Positions 25,913 through 38,650 of a stretch of DNA of 55,705 nucleotides are shown piece after piece; within the stretch, counting starts at the first letter, position 1; every line of letters begins with the position of its first letter. The notes under the pieces were generated by a model. That model ran no database searches. It had not been told where the DNA came from and saw only the letters and a list, made by a program, of their open reading frames with translations. This DNA comes from Octopus bimaculoides. Its lineage: Eukaryota. Location of the stretch: assembly GCF_001194135.2 (NCBI RefSeq), contig NC_069004.1, positions 16,105,335-16,161,039 of the forward strand, given 5' to 3'. The position numbers and the translations under genes were made by a program.

Positions 25913-26899
25913 CTCACCAACAGGCATAGCATAGTATTTAAAGATATTGGATAATGCAGTGTAGTCACCTAGAGATCCTGAGTTCAGTCCCACACAAGGC
26001 ACTAAGGTAATTCACATGATTCAACTAAAACCAAAAATATGAAACACAGGGAGCAGGATGAAAACAGTGTACCCCTGTAAATCAAATAAAGGGTTAGGTT
26101 TGAAATTCCAATACAACAATCAAGTTCAACACAAGACATCCAAAGAAGGCTGGAGATTATGACAGCCTAACCATAGTAAAAGTAACAATCAAGATGAGTC
26201 AATATGATCGACTTCAGCTCTTGCAGAACTTTGTGGTCTTGTTAGTAACATCAGAAAACAATATTTTTGCTAAATGTTCTGGTGAGTAGTATAGAAGAAA
26301 AAGTAAGAATTGTCAAACATGATGTAAAACTCTATATTTTAAAGATGATTAAGTCAGGGTACTTGAGTGGTGGAAGTATGACACCAGCCACCTCAGAGGA
26401 TTATGGGCCATTTCAATCTTGGCAAAAACAATTTGTATAGATCATTTGAAAAATTAAAAAAGGTAAATTTTATAATGTTTCTTAACCTAATTTTTTTTAT
26501 ATTTGACTTGTTTTGGTGAAAGACAATGTCAATTGCCAAATGGGATAGGAAGAGGACAAGTTTATTTAACATTATATAGACTTCAAATTTTGGCACAAGG
26601 CAAGCAATTTCGGAGGAAGGGGTAAGTCAATTACTCAACTGGTCACTTATTTCATCAACCCTGAAAGGATGAAAGGCAAAACTGACCTCAGCGGAATTTG
26701 AACTCAAAACATTAAAGCAGATGAAATGTTGCTAAGCATTTTGCGTGGCACACTAATGATTCTACCAGCTCACTGCCTTCTTTGTTTATTATCAATTATA
26801 ACTTCTTTACAGCCTCAAAGGCAACATCAGGCTCTGTCGATATTTGATGCCAGAGCTAAAGTTTGCCACAACATTGCAACAAGACTACTATGGACTGGA

Positions 26900-27086
26900 A
26901 TAAAAGCATCCCTTATTTTGCCATGTTTCTGTTTCAAGAGGTCTGATAAAATATACTTCTTTACTGTTGACAAAATAGGCTATGCAAACCAATTACAAAG
27001 TCTGCAATCAATGAGGAACCATTGATTCAAGTCAGAAACAGAAAATGTGCAACCTCCAGGAAACCTGTTAGATATTGTAACTGGCA

Positions 27087-27135
<49 letters not shown>

Positions 27136-28215
27136 NNNNNNNNNNNNNNNNNNNNNNNNNNNNNNNNNNNNNNNNNNNNNNNNNNNNNNNNNNNNNNNNN
27201 NNNNNNNNNNNNNNNNNNNNNNNNNNNNNNNNNNNNNNNNNNNNNNNNNNNNNNNNNNNNNNNNNNNNNNNNNNNNNNNNNNNNNNNNNNNNNNNNNNNN
27301 NNNNNNNNNNNNNNNNNNNNNNNNNNNNNNNNNNNNNNNNNNNNNNNNNNNNNNNNNNNNNNNNNNNNNNNNNNNNNNNNNNNNNNNNNNNNNNNNNNNN
27401 NNNNNNNNNNNNNNNNNNNNNNNNNNNNNNNNNNNNNNNNNNNNNNNNNNNNNNNNNNNNNNNNNNNNNNNNNNNNNNNNNNNNNNNNNNNNNNNNNNNN
27501 NNNNNNNNNNNNNNNNNNNNNNNNNNNNNNNNNNNNNNNNNNNNNNNNNNNNNNNNNNNNNNNNNNNNNNNNNNNNNNNNNNNNNNNNNNNNNNNNNNNN
27601 NNNNNNNNNNNNNNNNNNNNNNNNNNNNNNNNNNNNNNNNNNNNNNNNNNNNNNNNNNNNNNNNNNNNNNNNNNNNNNNNNNNNNNNNNNNNNNNNNNNN
27701 NNNNNNNNNNNNNNNNNNNNNNNNNNNNNNNNNNNNNNNNNNNNNNNNNNNNNNNNNNNNNNNNNNNNNNNNNNNNNNNNNNNNNNNNNNNNNNNNNNNN
27801 NNNNNNNNNNNNNNNNNNNNNNNNNNNNNNNNNNNNNNNNNNNNNNNNNNNNNNNNNNNNNNNNNNNNNNNNNNNNNNNNNNNNNNNNNNNNNNNNNNNN
27901 NNNNNNNNNNNNNNNNNNNNNNNNNNNNNNNNNNNNNNNNNNNNNNNNNNNNNNNNNNNNNNNNNNNNNNNNNNNNNNNNNNNNNNNNNNNNNNNNNNNN
28001 NNNNNNNNNNNNNNNNNNNNNNNNNNNNNNNNNNNNNNNNNNNNNNNNNNNNNNNNNNNNNNNNNNNNNNNNNNNNNNNNNNNNNNNNNNNNNNNNNNNN
28101 NNNNNNNNNNNNNNTGTGTGTGTGTGTGTGTGTGTGTTAAATCACAGGCCTTGCTAGATCCATTGTTCAAGGAGATAGTTTCAGAACAGGAGAAAGTGGG
28201 AAAAAATGGATAGAT
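26900..28215 (+). mobile_element. RTE LINE 3' remnant interrupted by a (TG)n tract and the 27136-28114 gap
   Basis: Before the gap INEEPLIQVRNRK; after it GLARSIVQGDSFRTGESGKKWIDE*, similar to the RTE C-terminal i.qG...R..G..krW.D motif. Confidence 0.4.
27136..28114. other. Assembly gap; others at 4713-4722, 14612-14621, 38653-39161, 43970-43985, 53316-53444, 54212-54451
   Basis: N runs, mostly at microsatellites. Confidence 1.
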
Positions 28216-29023
28216 GAATGAAAGGAAGGAAGAGAGGGATGGAGAGAGAGAGAGAGGGAGGGAGGGGGTAGAATGAGAATGGAAGATAAATTTCCAAAGG
28301 CGGTGTGAAAGATTGTTTAGTAATTATCAATAGTTTTCTAATAGGCTGTCAGGCTTTTGGAGTAAAAAGTCAAAACACACAAATTCCAGGTCCAATTATT
28401 CTCCTCTGAATCAAGAATTATTCAGTAAACACAAAGTGGTAATTAGTCTCTGTGGTACTCACAACTGTGTAAATGCTTGTCACTATACATAGGCATACAC
28501 ACGTCTCCCCTTCCTCCCCCTCCTCCCCCTCCTCTATGAACTGCAAACTATTCTTGTACCACAGCATATGGCAATGTTTTTTCCCTTTATTTTACCAAAG
28601 CTGTCAAAGAGCCACATCCAATTTACATATTCATTCCTTTTTTCTGTCACAATGTTAAAATACATGATAACATTCTTCTTTCATGTTATAAACTTTACAC
28701 TATCAAAATTTCCTGCCAAATTAGACTTTGTTTTATTCAGTAAATAATTATTTCAGACAGGTAATTTGTCTTATATAATAAACTTTAATTAGACATTTTC
28801 ATTAATTGTTATATCCTAGTATCACTTGGATAGTTCTGTACATTAAAGCATTTTACATCTATTGTCAAAGTAGGTATTTTTACTTGTCATTTTTACACCT
28901 GGATGCACTTTCTAGACACAAATCATGAAGTAAAAATTAAATTTCTATATTTACATTTAGAAGATAGTGTGTTTGTATACACCATGTTCTGGATTCAAAT
29001 CCTGACATGGCTAGCATTTTGTC

Positions 29024-29057
<34 letters not shown>

Positions 29058-30579
29058 GATAATTACAATAGTAGAGGCAATTCAATCAAATATACACTTT
29101 CAGATAAAAGAAATTTGAATGACATGTAAAAATATAGAAATTTCTAGATAGTTTTATTTCTGTGATAACATATCACTTAGAACATGGAAAAATGAATACT
29201 TGAACAGCACTAGACACACACACACACACATGACTGAGTGATTAAGAAGTTTGATCCACAACAATATGGTTTCAGGTTCAATCCAATTGCATGTTACTTT
29301 GGTAACATTTGTTTATATCCCACATGAACAATGTCTCACAACTAGGTAGTTTGGTAAGCAAAGATTATCAGAATAAATTACCTTACTTGAAAACAAGTAA
29401 GGGGATCCAACTATAGAATATAGTGTCAAAATAGTCTCATCCAATCAATGCCCACATGGGTTAGATTTGATTTTATCACTCCACCCCCCAAAAACAAAGA
29501 TGACAAACTTAGCTTTAGCAGAATTTTGATTCCAAAAGTAAAATGTTGTTGCTTAACACCACAAGGCATATTGTCTGCTGCACTAACAATTCTGCCAGTT
29601 CTTGACAGGCAACTTTTTTTAGAAGACCTGGATTGATCCTTGTATCTTATTGGTAAATTTATGAGTTTAGTGAATTATTGATCAGTTTCACTGGTTTTGA
29701 ACTATTATCAAATGATATAAATACTTTTCAGATTTTCCGTTCTTCTAAATAATTTTATCAGTCTATATTACTCCATGAGTACAATAGCACAGCTGATTAG
29801 GAAGTGAATTAAACATCTTGTCATTTTATATATCTATGGTAAACATTGCCTGTCACATTTCATTTTTCTAAGGACAAAACAGTGTAATATGAGGAAAATT
29901 TGACTGCTATTTTTAACTGAATAAACGACCATATCACTCATCTTTCCCCTCACACCAGGCCACCACACATCATTGTCTGTTTTGGTATGATTTCTACAGC
30001 TGAATGCCTTCCTACTACCAGCTACTTTACAGAGTGTACTGGGTGCTTTTTCTGTGGCAACAGCACCAGTACTTTTGACAAGACACTAGCACCAGTGTTT
30101 TTTATGTAGCACCAGCAATGCCAAGATCACCAAGTACCACGCAAGACAGATAAAAAAAAAGACAAAAAAAGGCAAAAACCCCTCAACTGGAGTGGGGAGC
30201 AGTATTTAGTGGGGTGGTTTTATGCCAGTCGAAAGATTAAAGGTATAGAGGGACAGAGATAGGTGTCTTGCTATGGATACACACATACCCTAGTTGGAAA
30301 GGAAAGGAGAGTGAGTTAGAGAGTGAGACAAGGAGAGTAAATCCCTTCCTCAAGTGTTTGTTCCTTTAAATTCATATTATGCCAATATTCAACAATTTCC
30401 TTTTCTTCTGGCATCTTCCATTAAACTCAATTTGTGATGCTCGAGTTTTACAGCAGCGCTATAACATCACATCATGCAGTTTATCCTTCGTACAGGTGTG
30501 GAGAGAAGGTGGGGAGTTGCAGGTTGGGGGTGGGTGGGGGGAAAGAAAAATGAACATTAGCAATTGTAGTAATGTTGTT

Positions 30580-30877
30580 GATGTTAATGATGGTGATAAT
30601 GATGATGGTGATGATGGTAATGATGGACAGGCGGAGGAGGAGGAAGAAGAAGAAGAAGAAGAAGAAGAAGAAGAAGAAGAAGAAGAAGAAGAAGAAGAAG
30701 AAGAAATGGCTATAGTGGTGGGGGTGCTGGTGTTGATGACAATCCTCCTCAGCATCATCATCATGGCACTATGGAGATAATGATTATGGTGAGAATGATG
30801 ATAATGATGGTGATAAAACATAATTACTTTGTTGTCAACGAGGAAGCTAATTGATCTGATCTAATACAATGGCTATG

Positions 30878-30929
<52 letters not shown>

Positions 30930-31095
30930 TAACAAACATTAACAGTAACACAACAACAGCAACAACAACAACAATAGCTGCAGCAACAACAGCAAAAACA
31001 TTAACAGCCACAACAGAAATAACAACAAAGAAAACATTAATAACAACAATAAGAGTAACAACCACAAAAACAGAAGCAACAATAACAACAATGTA
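30580..31095. repeat. Trinucleotide cluster: GAT-like, (GAA)~21 at 30643-30705, (CAG)~10 at 30879-30909, CAA/ACA-rich tail
   Basis: Direct. Confidence 0.92.
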
Positions 31096-32281
31096 ATGTA
31101 ATAAATTTCTTTAAAGGTGACGATCTCTGTGTATCAACAGGTTTTATTTTTTCTTCCCTCTATCACATTATTTTCCGGCAGTGGAGAAAGCAATTTTGAT
31201 TTATTTTCTCAGGGAATTTTATTTTTCATTTATTTATTTTTTCAAAAATTTTTTTCAGAAAAGCCTAATAGATTACCACATTGTAATTTTACAGTCTTTT
31301 AGGGATGTCACAATTAACTGGCAGGGTCAGTAGGGTGTCGGCCTACCAGTCAAAATGTCAACAGATTCTATTCTCCCCATAAAGGCAATGCCACTATAGC
31401 GTTGGCCAGAACACAACTAAACTCTCACTGACTCCATATCAAGTAACTGCAAAGTTTACAACCAGAAGCAGATATAATTCACATATAATATTGTTGTTTA
31501 GCCCCTGGTTTGCCCTGATTGAGCAGGAACCTATGATTAAAGGCATTTCACAGATGACTATCAATGTTTTCTCTTACTTAAGACAATAGGGTGTTATTTG
31601 AGGGTAGTATTTGACTACTAATTCTAGCAGGTTGATGACTTCATAGAGGCTCATCAAACAAGATATAACTTAGCAGTTCATAGTTGGTCACTCTCTGACA
31701 TATTTATGGTCAAGCCTGTAGCAATGGAGACCTCCACCATTCTTGGCCCTGGACCATATTCCTGCTCACTGCTATCAAGGTGGAGATGGCAATTTGCAAG
31801 TGTGAGCCCCATGAATCAGAGTAGCTGTTCCAGTACATTTCCTTTGCCATCCTCCAAGACACTGCTTTTCCACTTCATCTGTTGGGACCGTAAGGCAGTC
31901 TGAATTGCAGTAAATTGAGGGAATGGAAGAATTTTGTAGCTTACTACAGTTCATGGTCTTTATATAATTAAGATGTCAACTGTGTTGAGCAGATAAAAAG
32001 CTATAGACACTTCTAGACTTCTTGCATTATAAAGGGGAGAAATGGGATGTTGAACTGTTTATGCTGTTCCCAAGAGCATTGGTGAATGACTATCTCTTGG
32101 AAAACTTTGATATTATGAATTACAAAATTCATAGTGAACATCATTATCAACATGAGTAAATGTAAATAACAATAGTATGTGTGTGTGCGTGTGTATGTGT
32201 GTATGTGCGTGTGTGCAAGATTGACTAATGAACAAAAGAACTGTTTCCATGAAACCCACTTACAGACTGCCTCAATAAAAG

Positions 32282-34048
32282 ATGATAGCTAGGCCATTTT
32301 GTGGCGAGGGAGATGTGACCACTTGGCTGCAAAAAATTAAGTTGGTGGCAAGACTCCAAGGTATAGACGATCTAGCGAATTTTATACTATTGTACCTCGA
32401 TGGATCGGCGTTGGTGCTATACCTGGAAATGGAAGAGAAGGACCAGTTGAGCACAGAAAAAATAAAAGGCCGGCTGATGGAGGCCTTCACAGAAGGGCTA
32501 TTTATGGCATATGGTCGACTGGGGAAAACAAAGTGGATGGGCGAACAGGCCGATGTGCTTGCCAACGAAATCAGAAGATTGGCTAGACTTGTGGGCTACA
32601 GATATGGCACGTTAGAACAAACCGTAAAATTAGCCTTTGTAACAGGATCTCCTGACCAGAGTGAAGAAAGCTTGGTTGCAGATACCAGAGGATCTGGAGC
32701 AAGGAGTGGCTACAGTGTGTCGACTGAGTGACTCAGAGCTGAGGAGATTGCATACCATGCATCACATAGGGGTGGACAGGACCCTGTTCCTAGCCAGGAA
32801 AATTGACTCTGAAGTGACCAGGCAGAATGTGCAAAGAGTAGTTGGGAGCTGCAACAGGGGCCAGTCCACTGACCCCACTCTGAGTGTGCATGAGGCAGGA
32901 AGCATTCCAGTGGAACACAACCGGAAACAACTGGCAGTGGACGTGACACACTACTGGCAGGGGACATACCTCTTGATGGTCAACTGCGGACCAGGGCGGT
33001 TGGCCATATGGAGGGAGATGAAGACGGGGATCGGGGAGGAAATCACAAGAATACTGAATGAGGTATTCCTAGAACGAGGCCCTGTGGATGAGCTGCTTGC
33101 GGACAATGGCACTGCATTTCACTCGGAAGTGCTGGGGGAAATGCTTGACAAGTGGCATGTCAGCCATTTCTTTAGGGCAGCATACTAGCCAAGTGGCAAT
33201 GGGGTTGTGGAGAGGCATCATCGTACCATCAAGAATATAGCAGAGAGGGGCCACATCTCACCGATCAAGGCCGTTTTTTGGTATAATATGTTGCCCAGGA
33301 CAGGACAGGCTGAGAAGTCAGTGCCACACAGGGAAATATTCAAGTTCAAGTGGAGGCATCCATGTACTGCATCGCCGAGTCCCTCAGAAGAGAAGGAGCA
33401 TGTCTTTGTGCAGGTCGGGGACAATAACCTCTGTGAATTTGAGGAACAACATATCCATAGATGGCATGCCACGACATGTTCTGGATGTGCGCAGGGTCAT
33501 CACTGTGATGGAGGATGGGGCCAACAGTAATGGACAAGAGGATGAAGCCAGCAGGAACATGCCAGGAACTGAGGCCAGTCCTGAAGTCCCATAGCGGTCA
33601 CAGAGGAAGTGGTGCCCTTGCTGGTTGGCTGATTATGAAACAAGTTAAGGCATGTGGTCGGGGTTGAGAAGAGGGCGTGGGCAGGTTGGTTGAATGATCT
33701 TCAGATCAGGGGGGGGCATGTGGTGTTATGAGCCAGGTTGTGTTGTAGGGAAGGATCGAAAGTAAGGGAGTAGGTATGTCCTGTTGGAAGTGGGGCCTGT
33801 GGATCCCACCGGAAGTGCTGCAGTGGACATGCGGCATTCAGTGAAGCACGAGGGTCAGTTGGCGGCGAACAGCACATCAGAGCGGACGTGTGAGACTGTA
33901 GAGCAACGGATAACGCACGTGGATGTGGAGTGAACCCTGGAGATCATGACAGCACGTGGATGTTGAAAGTGACCTTTTCTCTGGACCGACAGGTAAGACT
34001 AGCGTAATTCTCTCTTCGCTTCTGTCTTTTTTCTTCCTTTACATCACA
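32282..34048 (+). mobile_element. Gypsy-type LTR retroelement, deleted: gag + integrase + PPT + 3' LTR (33719-34048); 5' LTR absent
   Basis: Gag-like ORF 32282-32731; integrase H2C2 (LHTMHHIGVDRT..SCNRG) and core (LAVDVT, ADNGTAF, GNGVVERHHRTIK); G-run PPT 33708-33716; LTR bounded by TGTGGTGT...ACATCACA. Confidence 0.88.
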
Positions 34049-34119
34049 ATATTAAAAGATTTGTTAAAAATTTCAAGTCTAATTAAATGACATTAATTTA
34101 ATTACTATTATTTTTACTC

Positions 34120-35147
34120 CATAATATTTTTGAAGATTTCCCTATTAATTTCCTTTGATTTATAAGCATCTATGGATCCAATTTTCTTTAACAGTTCACT
34201 AGGTAGTTTATAATCATAACATTTACCACTTTGTTTCATGTTTGATGTTCAAAATTTCTTGTAATGTTTCTATGCTTAGAAGGTTATATTCATTTGATTT
34301 TATAAAATTCATGTGGCTAAATGCTCTCTCCACATTAGCATTTGTGTGTGGTAAAATGAGAAGTGTTAAAGCTAACTTAGACAAATGGTCAACTGGACTT
34401 TTCCCAGTCAAATTCCTGTTTAATGATACTTCAATCCTGAAAGAAACTGTCTGGAACCTGTGTCTATTGTACATTTAAAACAATTTTTTCATTGAAGATA
34501 AGTTTTTTCAGAATCTCTGAATCTTCATGAAAATGGTTTTCAAGGTCTATAATTTCAGATTTTATTGGTTTGAGACATTCTGTTACACTAAAATAACTCA
34601 TTGATTGTAAAAGATGAAAAATTATCTGGAAGATGTTGTTTAATTTACCTCTAAAACTTCCACAGCAAAATTATGCATTGGCCTCTTATCTCATTTTCTT
34701 CTTTCTCAGTAAATTTACTCACTGGAATTTCATTCTCAAATTGAGAACCAAAATATGGTTTCAGGTCTAAATAATCCTGCACTAAATTCTTTTCATTTTG
34801 CTTTTTTCCCAGCTTTATAATTATTGTTCTGAAGATCATTCAATAATTTAGTGGGGGTCTTGTGTTATTTCAAACTTTTAGTTAACTTTTTGAAATTCAG
34901 AAACAATTTGATTTAAAATGAGAAGAAAAACTTAGACTTTCCTGTCACAAAATTTTTCTGCCTGAATTTTCGATAGAAAATTCCAAATTTAATTCTGATT
35001 TCACTTTAATGGAAAAGCACTAACTTTAGCACTAAATTATGATAAAAAGCACTAAAAATACATGGGTGCATAACTCAATGGGGTTTCACACTGAAAATAG
35101 TGAAAAGTACACAATTTTGTAGGAAAAGCACTAACTTGGCAACCTTG
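34120..35147 (-). mobile_element. hAT transposon deletion derivative (C-terminal transposase plus one end)
   Basis: LSKLALTLLILPHTNANVERAFSHMNFIKS (hATC-like). The end at 35147 reads CAAGGTTGCCAA on the minus strand; aaaagcacta occurs three times (about 35013, 35046, 35124). Confidence 0.7.
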
Positions 35148-35169
35148 CATCTGATCAGCTATAACCGAA

Positions 35170-35400
35170 TCAAACATTCAAAGCAGATAGGCTTGATATT
35201 CACTAGTAGTCATGATAGACAAATGGTTGTGAATACTAAGTCTTTCTCTGGTAAGAAGTATACTACTCAACATGTTGAGTGGTGCCATCTGAGTAAGAGT
35301 TTGGTAGACCTAGGAACACAAGACAATTTGGAAAAGAAAATATGGAAGCCAAAAGATTTTGGCTAGACATTGATTTAAAGAGTAATTTAATGATGTACTG
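35170..35400 (+). mobile_element. RTE endonuclease remnant
   Basis: KQIGLIF..DRQMVVNTKSFSGKKYTTQH parallels the 16830-16950 segment of the other RTE copy. Confidence 0.45.
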
Positions 35401-35856
35401 AGAAGGGGAAGATGGGAGATAGATAAAGGTCTACACTATTGATGACAGCTGGAAGTTTTATGAGATTACATGCTGCAAGCCACAAACAAGATGTGTTAAT
35501 GGGGCATGGTTCCAGCCAGAATGAAGATGACATTTAATACAATGAGAGAATCCTAGAAGGAAATACAAGAAGAACAGGGAGCAAAATCACATAACTAGAA
35601 GAGAAGTGGAATGTAAGAGGAATGGTAATGTGTTGTAATGTGAGGATCAGAGATCTAAGTTCTTTTATCTTTTACTTGCTTCAATCATTAGACTGCAACC
35701 ATACTGGGGCACTACCTTAAAGAATTTTAGTTGAATGAATCAACCCCAGTACTTGTTTTTTAAATTTATTTTTAAGCCTGGTACTTATTCGATCAATCTC
35801 TTTTGTCAAACTACTACTAACTTACAACACCTGTTGTCAAGTGGTGGTGAGGGACA

Positions 35857-35928
<72 letters not shown>

Positions 35929-37299
35929 AAAAGCCAAATTGAGGGGGTGGAACAGGTAAAATGTACACTACATATGTTTCTTAACCAGCTGAAGTTTATA
36001 TGTAATTGTTATGCAATAAACTCTACTCAGTGCAGCTAATCATCAGGCTGAGATAACCTCAATGAAGATTACATTGTCACTTGGAATTTCTAAGTCAACC
36101 ACAACATAATGGTGAATTCAACTAAATAGCAAAGCCAATAGTAAAAAATATTTAAAAACTTATAAAACAAAGCAAAAAACAAGAAAGTAAGTTTAGAGAA
36201 CCAATGAACAATATACCAAAGGGTGAGATCCAAAGTATGCAAGAGTGGGTGGTTTAGAGTTGACGAATAAGAAGGAAAATAGAAAGAGAAGGAAAGAAAG
36301 AAGAAAAAAATTAAAAAAATGGATTGTTATTATTATGGGGAATGTATTGTGATCCTAATTTACTGCCTGCAGCTTACAAACTTCCTACACTCGGATCTCC
36401 AAACTGTATTTATGTATAATTTATATATATATACAATAAGCTTGTTTCAGTTTCCATCTATGAAATCCACTCATAAGGCTTTGGTCCATCCAAGTCTATA
36501 GGAGAAGACACTTGCCCAAGGTGCCACATGGTGGGACTGAACCCAGAACATACTTCTTGATACACAGTCATGTCTACATTCTAGATTGTAAAAGAATATG
36601 TCAGTATGAATTAGGAGGTAGCTAGCGAGAAATGCATGCACAACAAAAGTTGTGTACTCATCCTCACTGGATGTCTAGAAGGAAGGAAATATAGAAATAT
36701 GACTATGAAAGTTTGTTAAATGAGAAAAATGCACAAGAGAGGACTGCTCTAAGTAGACCCAAGAGGCTTTCTACTGAACTCAACAGCCATATGTCTGGAA
36801 TGACTACTAAACATATGGGCAGAGAAAGCAGCCAGACTATCTTGTATAATAGTTGAAATGCTGCAAATGTTGGGCCAAGTAGAGCATTAACTAGTCACTG
36901 TCATAGTCATTTAGGTAGTACAGGAAGGGATTATTGCAGCTGGTATTATTATTTACTACAACAAAAACAAAGGAGATATTCTTGAAAGAAACATCAAATT
37001 GATCAACAAAATTGAGAAAGTAATAGAAAGAGTTATAGTAGAACTAACTATGAAGTGAATTAGTTTAGATGATATGTGACTCAAGACTGAGTTAGGGTAG
37101 AACCTGAAAAAGGTTTGTTCATGGTATATTACATACTCATACCTAAGTATGTAGCCAGAGTCATATCGATATGTATTGAGTCTTACAGTGAAATTAGGTC
37201 AGTGCCAAATGCTAAGTTATGGGAATATAAACAAACCAACACTGGCTGTCAAGTGGTAGTGGAGGACAAACACAAAGACACATAGATATACACACATAT

Positions 37300-38270
37300 C
37301 TTCATCATCATCATCATCTTTTAATGTCTGCTTTCCTTGCTGGCATGGGTTGGATAGTTTGACTAAGGACTGGCAAGCCATGGAGTTGCGCCAGGCTCCA
37401 GTCTGATCTGGCAAGGTTTCTACAGCTGGATGCCCTTCCTAAAGTCAACCACTCCAAGAGTGCAATGGGTGCTTTTTATGTGCCACCGGCACGGGGGCAG
37501 TGAGGTGGAACTGGCAACAACTATGCTTGAATGGTGCTTTTTACATGCCACCAGCATGGGAGCTAGTCAGGCGGCACTGACATCGACCATGCTCAAATAG
37601 TACTTTTCACATGCCACTGGTATGGGAGCCAGTCAGGTGGCTCTGGCATCGGCTATGCTCAAATGGTGCTTTTTATGTGCCACCGGCATGGGAGCCAGTC
37701 AGGAGGCACTGGCATCAGCCACATTCGAATGGTGCTTTTTGCATACCACCAGCATAGGAACCAGTCAGGAGGCACTGGCATTGGCCACGTTCAAATGGTG
37801 CTTTTTGCATACCACCAGCATGGGTGCCAGTCAGGCAACACTGGTATCAACCACGACAACAATTTCACTTGACTCAAAAGGTCTTCTCAAGCACAACATA
37901 TTGCCTGAAGATTGAAGTATATTTTTAAATGGGCCAGTTATGCGACACTGGCATCGGCCGCGGATACAATCTCACTTGCCTAGCCAGGTCTTCTCAAGTG
38001 TCTCGGTCACTTGTCATTGCCTCTGTAGGCCTAGCATTTGAAGGTCATGCTTCACCATCTCATCCCAGGTCTTCCTGGATCTACCTCTTCCCCAGGTTCC
38101 CCCCACTGTTAGGGTGTGACACTTCTTCACACAGCTATCCTCATCCATATGCAACACATGACCATACCAGTGCAGTTGTCTCTTTTGCACACCACATCTC
38201 ATATTTTTTATGTCCAGCTTTTCTCTCGAGGCACTTACACTCTGTTGTGTATGCACACTGATGCTACATG
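37300..38270 (-). mobile_element. RTE LINE 3' end: C-terminal coding remnant, 3' UTR with 66-bp tandem array, (GAT)n tail
   Basis: ORF 38014-38256 RRQLHWYGHVLHMDEDSCVKKC..RGRSRKTWDEMVKHDL; tail tcatcatc at 37301-37318. Confidence 0.85.
37466..37861. repeat. Six 66-bp tandem units
   Basis: Unit starts at 37466/37532/37598/37664/37730/37796 (tggtgctttt..gccacc.gcatgggagccagtcagg.ggcactggcatc.gcca.g.tc.aa). Confidence 0.92.
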
Positions 38271-38473
38271 ACAGGCTCCTTTCACTTTCTGCCTACCAAA
38301 TCCACTCACAACGCTTTGGTTAGCCTGGCTATATGGTAGAAGACCATCATGCAATGGGACTGAACCTGGAACCATGTGCTTGGGAAGCAAACATCTTACC
38401 ACCCAGTCATGCCTGCACCTATATATATATATATATATATATATATAATCATAAATATATAGGGATTGACAGT

Positions 38474-38650
38474 AACCTGCTTCTCCAAAATACTGAGAAT
38501 TCAGAAATAGCAGTCAAAGAACTACTGATTCCAAAACTACAAATTTTACTCTAAATTGATAGCGATATTTATGAGCAAAATTTGTAGTTTTGGAATCAGT
38601 AGTTCTTTGACTGCTATTTCTGAATTCTCAGTATGTTGGAGAAGCAGGTT
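38474..38650. repeat. 177-bp fold-back (MITE-like), cut by the 38653 gap
   Basis: 74-bp outer arms with 1 mismatch, an imperfect inner extension and a loop of about 10 nt. Confidence 0.92.

Noticed and set aside
26227-26281. Plus-strand exon NFVVLLVTSENNIFAKCS with gtgagt donor
   Set aside because: It abuts a decayed repeat tail and has no partner exons; plausibly chance.
28156-28203. Plus-strand exon ALLDPLFKEIVSEQEK
   Set aside because: The alternative frame matches an RTE C-terminus better and the donor is weak.
26980-28213. Long ORFs of 350-400 aa in the track (also 38556-39365, 53120-53485, 54082-54519)
   Set aside because: They are read-throughs of N gaps and microsatellites.
30379-31096. 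PolyE, polyS and polyA/T ORFs as host proteins
   Set aside because: Pure simple-repeat translation with no splice or domain support.
37466-37861. CRISPR-like array
   Set aside because: Whole 66-bp units are homologous with no unique spacers, there are no cas genes, and the context is a eukaryotic LINE 3' UTR.
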